DNA from: Mobula hypostoma | Taxonomy: Eukaryota | DNA: 64,000 bases | Assembly: GCF_963921235.1 (NCBI RefSeq) | Contig: NC_086098.1 | Span: 142,786,001 to 142,850,000, forward strand | Direction: 5' to 3' | Shown: piece by piece, positions 48,486 through 60,095 of the stretch | Layout of the letters: the number at the start of each line of letters is the position of its first letter | Position numbering within the stretch: position 1 is the first letter of the stretch | Translations under genes and position numbers: made by a program | Notes under the pieces: model-generated | The model's input: the letters and a program-made list of their open reading frames with translations, nothing else | The model's database searches: none | What the model was told of the DNA's origin: nothing

Positions 48486-51400
48486 CAGTGTTTCCAACCT
48501 TTTTTAGCCCAACGCCCACCTTCATACTTGCCCACAACCCTCTTCAGCATAAAATACTTACCATAGTGTAAAGACATGGGAAAATGATTCTGCTTTAAAT
48601 ATTTATTTGTCTATAAAACTGCCTGACACAGTAGCTGAGCAGCAGCTTCGAATTCACTGTGATCCTTGAGCTTGATGGTTTTTAGCAAGAGTCAAAATAT
48701 CTGGTTCAAGTTCTGTCAGTGAAAGCCTTACAGTGTAACAGTGTAGTCACATACCACAAAAAAAAAACTTTTTTGAAAAGCTCTTTGCTTCTTCATCATT
48801 CTGAATTTCGATAATTTCTTCTTGCAAGCTGTCTTCTTGTTTTTCCACCTTGTAAAGAAATGGGCTAATTACCCATTCTGGAATTTCCAGATTGTTCAAA
48901 TCCTTGAATCGTTCTGAAAAGCCTTCTTCAGTGACTGCAGGTGTAAGCAGTACACTTGCAAATCACTGTCTGTGAAAGAGAGTGCCAGACTTTCCATGCA
49001 GGGAAACTGTGAGAACATTCTTCTCCCAATGTTTTGCTTATATATTTCCAATTTTCAGATAAAAGTGGACACTCTACTTTTTGCCTGGATAAAATTGAAA
49101 TTCTCACCCTGCAGTTTCATATTTAGAATGGTCATTTTGTCATACAGATCGGCTAGGTATCCCTCATCTCCATGTAGAAGTCCAATCTTGTTTCCCCAAC
49201 TCTGTTGACTTTGAGCAAAAATTCAACCACAGTGTCAAAAAGATCAAAGAAATGTTTTAAGAAGCAGCTTTTTGACATCCAACATACTTTAATATGAAGA
49301 AGCAAGCGTTCAAACCCTTCATTGTTATCTTAGCATAAATGGTAAAATATTCTGCTATTTAATAAATGAGCTTTAATTTTGTTGACAACAGATATTACAA
49401 GAGTCATGCCTGAAAAAAGTCATCGTGTGAGGTTTTTGGCTGCGAGATGTTGACGATTAATTACACAAGGGATTGCAAACAGACTTGGAATTTCTTTTCC
49501 ATAAATGCCACTAAACCAGCGCTGTTATATATGGTGCTCCATCTGTTGCGCAAGGAATCATGTCCTAATCGGAATACTTTTATCCTCAATATTCATTTTG
49601 AGTTCATCGTAGATTGATTCTCCATTGATAATTGTTTTTAACTTTTTACAAAAGGGAATCTCTTCATAAATGTTTCCATTTTTGATGAACTGTCATCATT
49701 ATTATCATCAGGTGCCATGCCCAGTTTGAGCTTTGACTGCCATGGCCCACACACTCCTGTTTCAGGTCAAGTGGATAAATTCATTGGTATTCATTTCCAG
49801 TTCTCTGGCTGCTGTCTCCATCATCATTTGTCTTTACCTTCCTTTTGCTTTCTTCCCTTCAATCTTTCCCATAATTACCATGCATTCTAACTCCTCTTTC
49901 CTAATCACATGTCCAATGAAGTTATGTTGCCTTTTCATGATCTCATACATTATTTCTCTTTTTGTGCTTGCTCTGTTCATGACATCTTCGTTAGATATTT
50001 GCTTCGTCCATGATATTCTTTGCATCCTCCTCAAAAACCACTTCTCTGCTGCTTCAATTCGTTTCCTCATGTTACTAGATTTTGTCCAACATTCTGAGCC
50101 ATATAACATAACTGAATAAACGTAACATTTCAGAACGCTGAGGCGGGTTGTCATGTCTAGTTTACTGTTAGTCATTATACTCTTCATTCTCGTAAAGGTG
50201 TCTTTTGCCATCCCTATTCTTCTTTTGATGCCCATGTCGCACCTGCCATCTGATGTCACCCAGCTTCCTAAGTAGCAAAAGTTCTGTACTTGTTTTATGT
50301 CTTCCCTGTTTATTTTCAGCCTGCAGATAGGATTCTCCTTCTTTCTGGATATCACCATACATTTTGTCTTTTTGCGTTTGATAGATAGACCCATTTTTGC
50401 ACTTTCTTCGACATCTATATCAATTAAGTTTTGTAGTTCTTCCTCCATACTTGCAATTAACACAGTGTCATCCATATGTCTGAAATTATTGATGTTTTCA
50501 CTGCCAACTTTGATTCCCAAGATGTCTCTTGTTTATTGTAATATTGTTTCACTGTACATATTAAACAACTCAGGAGAGAAAACATACCCTTGTCTAACGC
50601 CTCTCTGGTAATATCACTGGTAAAAAGCTCCACTGTTCTTCAGATGGATGTTTGAAAGCAAAGGATGGTACCATTATCATGAAAATAGATGAGGTTATGA
50701 ACAGATGGACTGAGTATATTCAGGAATTGTTTGAAGACGATTGAGGCAAAAAATCAGAAATTAAGAAGAACGTTGAAGGTCCAAATATTTTAAAATCTGA
50801 AGCTCGTAATGCGATAAATAAGATGAAGAAAGGAAAAGCAGCAGGTCCTGATGAATTGGTAATAGAACAAATGATCACCCTTGAAGATTATGGAATTGTA
50901 AAACTTACTGATTTAATCAATGACATTTATAAGACTGGAATAATACCAGAAGAGATGAAAAAATCAGTATTTTTGACTCTTCCTGAGAACTCTGGAGCAA
51001 TAGAATGTGAATTACATAGGACCATAAGTTTAATGAGTCATATCGCTAAGATACTTCTAAGAATTTTGATGACAAGAGCTAATAGTAAGATACAAGCTGA
51101 AATAGGTAAAGAACAATGTGGTTTTGTGAAAGACAAAGGTACAAGAAATGCGATATTGATGTTAAGGATGATATTAATGATCAGAATGAGCTATTCAAGT
51201 GGAAAAAGATTTGTTTGTTTTATCGACTACACAAAAGCATTTGATGAAGTGAAGCACAATAAGTTATTTGAAATATTACAGGAAACTCTAGACCTAGATT
51301 TGAAAGACCTCCACCTAATCAGAAATCTGTACTAGGAACAAACTGCCACCTTAAGAATAGATGGAGAAGTGAGTCAGTTTACGAAAATCAAGAGAGGCGT

Positions 51401-52676
51401 TAGTCAAGGGTGGGCTTTCTCCCCTGATTTGTTTAATGTGTACAGTGATGAACTGTATATATGCCATTAACAATGCCTCGTTGTCTCACACCGTTGACTT
51501 ATCCAGTTGTATACCAAATTACGTTTTTGTAGTTCTGTGCATAGCTGATACTACATGTCTTCACTCATTTCATCAATACGATGAGCTACTGAGTTATTAC
51601 TCAGAGGAATTGATTTTAAGATGCTGGTATCCATTTTGAGAACAGTGGTGATCTTTCGATACAGCAGGCATTATCAATCTTTCGCCAATTGTATGAGATT
51701 TTCCACACTTGGCTATCACTTTGGAAATGTTATAAGAAGCAATGAGACCACTATCAAGGTCATTTTTAGCTTTCTTGGCAAATGGCTCGAGTGTGAAATG
51801 CTTTTCAAATGCTTCCTTCATCTCCTGGAACTGAGTAATGCCATAAGTAGCCTCTCTAGGTTGTCTTTGACAGAAGTGTCCTGTAATCTTTAGACAGTGC
51901 AGTATTACAGATAAGACACATGGGTGTTGCCAATCTGACGGAAACGGAATAAAACTATACTCCAGGTATGTAACATTGTATTGACGAGCCTTCTGTAGTT
52001 TCTGTTTCATAGCAAGGTTAGAATTTAAGGCTTCACCACTTTCAGACTCAAAGAGATCACGCCGTATATATTTATCCATCATTAACGGGGCTAAATTAAA
52101 AATAAAAAATTAATGCAAACCCCGAAGATGGTTCTTGACCACACATATGAAGCTGAGGTCACTTTGAACACCTCAGGAGGCATCCTCGGGGTCAGCAGGT
52201 TTACTGATTGGCTCTATTTCACCGTTTTGTTCTGGCCAGGACTGCATCGTTGCACGACCTGTTTTCCATAGATCTGTAGAGAAAGTTGAGAGGGTGCCAA
52301 CTTACCAACAGTTAAGTTGCATGAACTCGTTCTGTGCCACAAGTCAAGGGGAACTGTTGGGCACCCTGGTTGCTCATTGATGCATCCCCAGTAATGTCTG
52401 TATGGTTGGTGGGGTTGGATGAGATTGCCAAGTTTCAGATGCGTTGTTACAATGAGTGCTCACCGCCTGCAGAGCCTTGCTTCTTCCTGTGTTCCAGTAT
52501 CTCATCCTCTTTTTTGGAAGTACCTGCTCCACTAACGGTCGGTCAGCACTCGTGCCTCAAGTTAGGGTCCGCTTACCGACACCCACCCCCTGCAAAAATC
52601 TTAAATGCCCCCCAATGACTTCTATTTCCCCTAACTCCCCTTTAGGACACATAACCACCCCCCGTTGGGAACCATG
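48486..52676 (-). mobile_element. hAT Charlie/Buster-type transposon, decayed and interrupted by RTE
   Basis: Left end cagtgtttccaacc. Transposase motifs RQY..YLEY.F..ASY.IS..IAK.GKSHTIGERLIMPA (51597-52082), ATDGAP and CVINRQHLAAK (about 49430-49550). Probable right end gttgggaaccatg near 52676 (uncertain). Confidence 0.8.
49694..51445 (-). mobile_element. RTE-BovB-like LINE with 5' inversion
   Basis: Minus segment 49694-50606 (ORF 49834-50520) plus inverted plus-strand segment 50607-51445 (ORF 50823-51335, KAAGPDE..RTISLMSH..FIDYTKAFD). 11-bp TSD tgatgaactgt at 49683-49693 and 51446-51456. Confidence 0.93.
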
Positions 52677-53215
52677 ATGGTAGCACCTCTGGTGGGGGAA
52701 CACGTTGCGTCCTTTTCAGGCGGTTAGTCCACCTTTGGTCCCCACCTGGCACTCAGCTCTCACCTGTGGCTCCCCGTAGCTGTTTGCATGCGACAGCGGC
52801 CACACTCGCGGGCAACGGCTTCGACAAGCCGGCTAAACCAGGTGAGGGTAGCCAATGGGTCTCAAACCCTCGGTGAGATAGGGAGATGTCTATCCCAGCA
52901 TGTGAAGACAGACTCCGGCGGATTGAGTGGACGAGACCAATGGAAGGTCCAATGGTCAAGAAGGCGGCCTCTGCAAGTGTCGTGGAACGTGTAGAGCAGG
53001 ACAAGACACAGAAGATGTCCTGGTCATCCACTGCGCCTAGTCCCATCTCCAGCCGTCTTGACTCTGTCTTGCCACTGGATCCAGATGGGAATTGGGAAGA
53101 GAGAGTGAGGTTGACGCTGCATAACTCTCCCTCACTTAAATCTAAATCACGCGCTAGTCTCGACACCTCAATGGTGTCGAGGTCCTTATCGACATCGACA
53201 ATGGACGAACACACA
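52677..53215 (+). mobile_element. Short non-autonomous non-LTR element (Vingi/RTE-like) carrying an HDV-like ribozyme fold
   Basis: Its 3' half (about 52985-53215) is repeated at 54255-54632; no long ORF; structured 5' part. Confidence 0.6.
52757..52848 (+). ncRNA. HDV-like self-cleaving ribozyme fold (P1 5' strand not found)
   Basis: P2 ctctcacctg/caggtgaggg; P3 ggc/gcc; L3 tccccgta plus an inserted hairpin; GGG for P1.1; P4 cggctt(cgac)aagccg; J4/2 C-T-A-A with C at 52833. Confidence 0.6.
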
Positions 53216-53589
53216 GTACTTTGATAACAAGATGAAATTCTGAGCATTCATTTCCTCCACTGTGTGTTCACAGTGGCTGCAGTCTGTGCACCTACTCCAC
53301 CAGGTAACACAAAGTTCAAAATAAGTTTATTATCAAAGTACTGTAGATACAGTATATGTTACCATTTTCTTGCGGGCATACGATAAATCCATAATAGAAT
53401 AATAACCATAATAGAATCAATGAAAGACTGTACTATATTGGGCATTCAACTTGGACAGCACATATCAAACCTATGAGCCCTGGCACAAAGGTGGGCAAGG
53501 GGGAACAGGTGTAGGGGAAAACCACTATCTGCAGGTCTATTTCCAGCTCCCATAACCACCTTGACTCAGGGACAAATTCCATGTCTTTC

Positions 53590-53790
53590 AGCATTGGTTG
53601 TGGAGGTCAAGTCATTGGGTGTACTTAAAGAGGAGGTTGATGGATTCTTGATTAGTCAGGGTGTCAAAGATTAAGGGGAGAAAGCAGGAGAATGGGATTG
53701 ACAGGGATAATAAATCAGTCAGGAATGGCAGAGCAGGCTTCATGGGCCAAATGGCCTAATTCTGATCCTATGTCTTATGTCTTATGGTGA
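53590..53790 (+). mobile_element. CR1 3' UTR fragment
   Basis: gtggaggtcaag...aaggggagaaagcaggagaatggg...gggccaaatggcctaattctg and a tcttatg repeat tail. Confidence 0.75.
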
Positions 53791-54254
53791 TTGCTAGATG
53801 AAGTTCTGGAACTCCATCCTCAATAGAAATATTGGATTACCTGCACCAGAAGGACTGAATTGGTTCCAGAAAGTGGCTTATCACCAGTTAGCAGAGCTTA
53901 TAATTGATAAATTTCAAGGAAGCCCTTTCTCATGGACGGGGGGAATTTCCTGCAGTTATAACTTAGGTGCACACCGATTTCGATTGGACTGCTGCTGGCA
54001 ATGTCCAGCATGATCACCTGTGAGAAGCTGCAGAGAGTAGAGTGGACTCTGCTCAATTTATCATGGGCAAGTCCCTCCTCACCATCGGTTGTATCTACAG
54101 GAAGTACCGTCTCAAGGAGACAATGTCCACCATCGGGGCCATGCCATCAGGCAGGAGGTACAGAAACCTGGAGTCCCACACCACCAGATGTGCTTCCCTA
54201 TCACAATCCTCACTGATTACTTGAGAGATGGCACAGTAGCATAGCACTTAGTGA

Positions 54255-54632
54255 AAACGTAGAATGCGTTGAGCACGACAAGCCACAGAAGATGTCCCGG
54301 TCATCCATTGCGCCTAGTCCCATCTCCAGCCGTTTCGACTCTTGTCTTGCCATTGGATCCAGATGGAAATTGGGAAGAGAGAGTGAGGCTGATGCTGCGC
54401 AACTCTCCCTCACTCAAATCCAAATCAAGTGCTAGTCTCGACACCATCAAAGCCGGCTGGTGGCGTAGTGGCATCAGCGCTGGACTTCGGGATGAGAGGT
54501 CCCGAGTTCGAATCCGGCCGGCTCCCATGCACGCTCTCCATCCGTACCTGGGTTGAGCGTCAAGCTAGCAACTCAACCTCGTAAAAAGTACGAATGGTGT
54601 CAAGGTCTTCATCGATGACGATGGACGAACCT
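54255..54632 (+). mobile_element. Second copy of the 52677 element 3' half, interrupted by a SINE
   Basis: Colinear with about 52985-53212. Confidence 0.8.
54452..54590 (+). mobile_element. Short tRNA-derived SINE
   Basis: A box tggcgtagtgg, B box gagttcgaatcc; about 140 bp; A-rich end. Confidence 0.78.
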
Positions 54633-54699
54633 TATTATTCGTTTGTCAGTGCCTTTAAATAACACGATGCCTGTTCCTGTGCTGTACTCTTCTATGTTC

Positions 54700-55030
54700 C
54701 TATTCCTCAGTAGACGAGCTTGCTGGTCTGCCCTGTCTGAGCACTGCTGAGACACTTGCCCTGACTAGCAGTGCCACCTTCCCCTCTGTCATGTCGAAAA
54801 CAATGGAACTCCAGAACACTGAGCTGCCAGACCTGCCCTTCCTGCAACCAAGTCTCACTAATGGCTACAATGCCATAATTCCAGGTGCTGATCCATGCCC
54901 TCAGCTCATCTCCCTTCCTCCAATACCCCTTGCACTGAAATAAATGCACCTCAGAGTATTAGTCTCACCATGCTCAACCTTTTGGTCACAGAGAGTTCCT
55001 GTCTTTCTGTGCAGGCTTAGCTTCCACTTT
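54700..55030 (-). mobile_element. CR1 ORF2 N-terminal (APE endonuclease) fragment
   Basis: KGDELRAWISTWNY.IVAISETWL..F.CFRHDR. Confidence 0.85.
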
Positions 55031-55800
55031 CCTCAAAACCACTCCACTCGCAATAGGAGCACTGAAATCATACATTTAGCCGTTGTAACCTGATACACCG
55101 TTAAGTAAAATCAGGGCTGCTTCGTAGCTTAACTCCTTTGGTCCATATCTCCTTTGTGAAATGGGTGACATCACTCTGTCCCTTGTTAGTGACAACAGGG
55201 AGAGCCTGTGGCATGTCGAACTGCTGGGCAAACAACAGTTTTTGTTGACTGTAGATCATAGTCTCCCCGTGGGTGCTTTGCTGTTGCTTGGTGGGTGGTG
55301 GGCACTGATGCTTTTTGCTGTAATGGGCGGGGAGGGGGGAGGTTGATGTGTTGAAGCTTGCTGCTGCTTACTTAGGGGAGGGGTAGAAGGGGGCTTTGGG
55401 GTTTTAATGTTTTTCTGCCATACATTCTTCTGGGATTCTTCTGTTTTGTTCTGTGGATTTCTGCGAAGACAAGTATATCAGGTTGTATACTGTATACCTT
55501 CTCTGATAACAAATGGAACTAGTTGGTCCACCTAGACATAGACTGTAGCTTGTATTTTGCATTGCTGCTTACCTCTTTTACAGGTGAGTACAGCAGGTGA
55601 CCTCAATGTCTTGGAGGAGAGCAAGTTTCTTGCATAATTATGGATTTAATTGCATTTTTCTGCTACTGATTTCTATTTTATCATCTCCCAAGACCATAGG
55701 TTCATATACCATTCTAAATTACTGAATGCACAGTCTAGCACGCTTCATCGAAAGGTTGAGAGAAGATCTAAATGCTATAATGGTTGGACATGTAGGTGTG

Positions 55801-56363
55801 TATAATGCCCTGGTTCGTATATTTTTTTACTGTTATGCTGTTCTGTATTTCATTTGTGCTGTTCTGTTCAAGTTGCTTGTTTGGGTTACTGTTGAAGATA
55901 AGAGATAGGAGAATTATGTGCCATCTGATTAGGATGGCCGGATTAAAAGGAGGCTTCTTTGGTGAGGGATATGAAGGTTGGGCTTGGGGCTTTTGTTAAG
56001 GAGATGAAGAGAGAAGATGCCGGAGAGAAGAGGTCGGGGCCTTGATTCAATGATGCCCGGGGTGAGAGCGGTGAAGGGGGAGCCGTGAGTTCCAACTGTT
56101 TCTTTAAAATGTGACCTTTTGTTGTTTTGTTCTTTCTTTACTAACTCTTTAGTCAAATTAAGAATTATAAAGCTAAATCTTTTAATTGTATGCGGTGCCC
56201 TGTCTGTTATTTTGCGGCATTTCTTTGTAACAGGGTAACAAATCACGCAGCATCCTCACAAAAAGGGGTTTCGGGGCGGGGCTCGCGTCTCAATCTCACA
56301 CGCTTGGCGGGGCCGGAGATTGTTTCCTTAGCGCTATGCAGCCGAGGAGACCAGAGTGCTTCA
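55801..56363 (+). mobile_element. Solo LTR (Gypsy-like)
   Basis: Decayed TG...CA ends (tataatgccctgg...gtgcttca), near 4-bp TSD tgtg/cgtg; homologous to the inverted copy at about 61755-62328. Confidence 0.72.
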
Positions 56364-56367
56364 CGTG

Positions 56368-56940
56368 GAATAGCCACAGCAGTATTTAAGTCAGAGCATC
56401 TGAGTTCTCTCAAAATCTGAGCTGATATCAAATAGTATTTATACAACAGATTATTTGCTTGTTATTTCATTGCTGTTTATGGAGAATAGTGTGCGCACAT
56501 AGCCAAGTGGTTAAGGCATTGGACTAGTGATCTGAAGGTCGTGAGTTCGAGCCCCAGCCGAGGCAGTGTGTTGTGTGCTTGAGCAAGGCACTTAACCACA
56601 CAGTGCTCTGCCACGTCACTGGTGCCAAGCTGTATCGGCCCTTGCCTTTCCCTTGGACAACATTGGTGGCGTGGAGAAGGGAGACTTGTAGCATGGGCAA
56701 CTGCCGGTCTTCTATACAACCTTGCCCAGGCCTGAGCCCTGGAGAGTGAGGACTTTCCAGGCGCAGGTCCATGGTCTCACAAGACTAACGGATGCCTATT
56801 TTATGGGAGAATGCAATCCACAAATTGACTGTTATATGTTCTATATTAAAATGGTGACTACGCTTCAAAAAATATTTCATTGACTGACGTGCTTGGCCTA
56901 TCCCGAAATTGCGAATCTGATTTAATAAATGCTATTGTCG
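56368..56940 (+). mobile_element. Ancient Deu-domain SINE relic (AmnSINE1/SacSINE1-like), interrupted
   Basis: acagattatttgcttgttatttcattgctgttt | ggagaatgcaatccacaaattgactg...gtgactacgcttcaaaaaatatttcattg...aataaatgc resembles the Deu domain plus L2-type tail (recognised from memory). Confidence 0.6.
56488..56800 (+). mobile_element. tRNA-derived SINE with a CORE-like segment
   Basis: A box tagccaagtgg, B box gagttcgagcc, CORE-like ttgagcaaggcacttaacc; flanked by a near-TSD ttatggagaat/ttatgggagaat. Confidence 0.8.
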
Positions 56941-57779
56941 CTTTTTCTTTTGAAGAATTTTTTAATCTTCCCTGCAGAACATCAAAACACTGAATTGCAA
57001 AATGATTCTGAGAAGCCACGTGAAATGGCCCGGTTCACCTTTTTAAGGTGATGCAGGTAATTGCTGCAGCTACAAAGTGAAATTGTTCCATCCTCACATA
57101 AAAGCAAATAAAATTGAGAATGGGAATGATGTGATTGTGTACGTTGTGTAATATTCTCAAAATATGAGTCATTTGGATCAGAGATTCAGACACATTATTA
57201 ATACTAGATGCAATTATAAGGGGAGGATAAACATTACAGGGAAAAAAATCTCATCACCAGGACTTTTTAAAAAAACATCTTGTTACAAAGGTTTACTTTT
57301 GAGTGTTAGTTACCATTTTAAAAGCCTCTTCTGCTGCTTATGGGTTGCTGCAGCTTCAAAGTGTTCTAGCTTCACTGATGCTGGTTTCCAATGGAAACCC
57401 CGTCGGGCAGGGTCCTAAGATGGGAGGCTGGAACTTTTGCCCGTTTTAGACTGGACCACTTGTAAGATGTAAATTGAGGACTGTACTATCCTGGTTATAA
57501 ATAGAACAATTCCATTAATACTCTTCCTAGTAATGCCAATAATTGACAATCCTAATTAGAGGCCTTGTAAGCCCCAGATGGCCTGACACAAGAAGCTTCT
57601 TCCTCAGTGCTACCGGACTTCTAAACCAACCAGCTCTTTCAATTCACTTTCCCAGTGCTACTGCCGCAGTCTCAGAGTCCTATCTCAGCCCCTCTCGGTC
57701 ATTTAGCATTCCTTTTTGCACTGTTTTCAAGCTATAACTGCAATCTTTGACAAATCTCTGCTATTTGTTGTCCACTGTT

Positions 57780-58753
57780 ATAACCATACATCCATTTAAC
57801 AATTACAGCACGGAAACAGGCCATCTCGGCCCTTCTAGTCCATGCCGAACTCTTACTCTCACCTAGTCCCACCGACCTGCACTCAGCCCATAACCCTCCA
57901 TTCCTTTCCTTTCCATATAGCTGTCCAATTTTAACTTTAAATGACAACATCGAACCTGCCTCAACCACTTCTGCTGGAAGCTCGTTCCACACAGCTACCA
58001 CTCTCTGAGTAAAGAAGTTCCCCTCATGTTAACCCTAAACTTTTGCCCTTTAACTTTCAACTCATGTCCTCTTGTTTGAATCTCCCCCACTCTCAATGGA
58101 AAAAGCCTATCCACGTCAACTCTATCTATGCCCCTCATCATTTTAAATACCTCTATCAAGTCCCCCCTCAACCTTCTACGTTCCAAAGAATAAAGACACA
58201 ACTTGTTCAACCTTTCTCTGTAACTTAGGTGATGAAACCCAGGTAACATTCTAGTAAATCTTCTCTGTACTCTCTCTATTTTGTTGACATCTTTCCTATA
58301 ATTCAGTGACCAAAACTGTACACTATACTCCAAATCTGTCCTCACCAATGCCTTGTACAATTTCCACATTACATCCCAACTCCTATTCTCAGTGCTCTGA
58401 TTTATAAAGGCTAGCATACCAAAAGCTTTCTTCGCCACCCTATCCACATGAGATTCCACCTTCAGGGAACTATGCACTTTATTCCTAGATCCCTCTGTTC
58501 TACTGCATTCTTCAATGCCCTACCATTTACCATGTATGTCCTATTTTGATTAGTCCTACCAAAATGTAGCACCTCACATTTATCAGCATTAAACTCCATC
58601 TGCCATCTTTCAGCCCACTCTTCTAACTGGCCTAATTCTCTCTGCAAACTTTGAAAACCTACTTCATTATCCACAACTCCAGCTATCTTAGTATCATCTG
58701 CATACTTACTAATCCAATTTACCACCCCATCATCCAGATCATTAATATATATG
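57780..58753 (-). mobile_element. CR1 LINE 3' part (RT YADD to tail)
   Basis: ORF 58462-58812 (IYINDLD..ISKYADDTK) and ORF 57995-58477; same family as 30297. Confidence 0.94.
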
Positions 58754-58924
58754 GCAAATTTATTTATTGTTGTATTTATTGTTATCACATTTCCTCTGTG
58801 AGCATTATGCAAGTGAGGGATTTAATTATATCTGGATCTAAAGGAATTTGCTAAAAAAAAAGGATAGTTTTTAAAATTCTGTTTCTCACGTGGTGCTCTT
58901 TCCACAGAGATGTCAGCCTGTATA

Positions 58925-59165
58925 ATGATAAGATAAATAGACAGATACTTTATTGATCCCAAAGGGAAATTAGTGTCGCCAGAGTATTACAAGTTCACAG
59001 ATATGCAAATATCAGAAGAGAAGTAAGAAGAAGAAATAAAAAATAAGTTACTTTAAACAGCCTAACAGGAGGGGACCGTCACTTCTCCAGTTCATTACAC
59101 AGCCGAGGGTACAAATGACCTTACGTAGCCCTCTTTGGAGTAGCCCAGTTGTCTTAGTGTATCTG
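58925..59165 (-). mobile_element. Rex1 3' end, same family as 36555
   Basis: Shares aagttac.t.aaacag.ctaa...gccgagggta..aatga with 36660-36790; actttattgatccc tail. Confidence 0.72.
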
Positions 59166-59218
59166 AGCTAGCAATGGCCTGCCTGTCTCTGGTTCAAATT
59201 ACAACACGTTCTGGATAC

Positions 59219-59469
59219 TGTTTGTTTTCTAGCTTCAAAACATTAAACCAATTCAAAGGAAGACACTGGAGTCTGAAATGTGAGTCTAACCTTGTGTTTA
59301 CTTTAAGCGAGGCGTGCACTTACCACGTGCTAATGTGATGACATAAGTAATTTACGTATTTATACATATAACCTGTCGTGAATTATTTAAATGAACAAAA
59401 ATTCTTAATTAAACAATATATATATATGCAAGATTACTCAAAGATTACTGAAATATTAAATACACAACA
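59219..59469. mobile_element. Solo LTR, 251 bp
   Basis: TGTT...AACA termini; perfect 5-bp TSD gatac at 59214-59218 and 59470-59474. Confidence 0.82.
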
Positions 59470-60034
59470 GATACCTCCCAGGAAACATAGGCTTTTAGCC
59501 AAGGTGAAGGCCTGAGTGATTCCACAGTCCAGGAATTCTATGGGAAATTGACCTATTGGGTGCCCCAGTGGACTAGCACATCTACCCCCATGTGGGCCAG
59601 GACCTTTGGAAAGATGCTTAGAGCTGTTGTCGTGGAGTTATTGAGTAAAACAGCAGGGAAACAAGCTCTTCAGTCCAACTGGTATGTGCACCCCCAGCTC
59701 GTCCCAATGTCCTGCGGTTGGCCCATATGCCTCAAAGTACCACCCTCCAAGCTCCTATCCCGCTGCTTCCTAAATTATACCATTTCACCTGCTTCAACCA
59801 CTTCTGGTAGCTTGTTTCGTGTGCTCACTACACTGTGCTTGAAAAAGTTGAAAAAATTTTAAATAGTTCCTTTCTCAGCATGCACTGGGGATAACACTGT
59901 TACAATCCACCTGATCCTTCCTTCTCATAATTTTAAACGGTTGTATAAAGTCTTGTCTTATTCTCCTCTGCTCCGAGCAATAAAGACCAAACTCTCCCTG
60001 GCAGCCTTTTCTTAGTCCAAACCATGAGGATTGG

Positions 60035-60095
60035 GTGTGCCTGTGTGTGTCAGTCTGTGTGTGTGTGTGTGTGTCTGTCTGTGCTTGTGTGTGTG
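60035..60095. repeat. (GT)n microsatellite
   Basis: Interrupted GT repeat. Confidence 0.9.

Noticed and set aside
54452-54525. tRNA gene
   Set aside because: Has A and B boxes but an imperfect cloverleaf; it continues into a SINE body and is inserted in another repeat.
56488-56562. tRNA gene
   Set aside because: It is the head of a SINE with a CORE-like body and a TSD.
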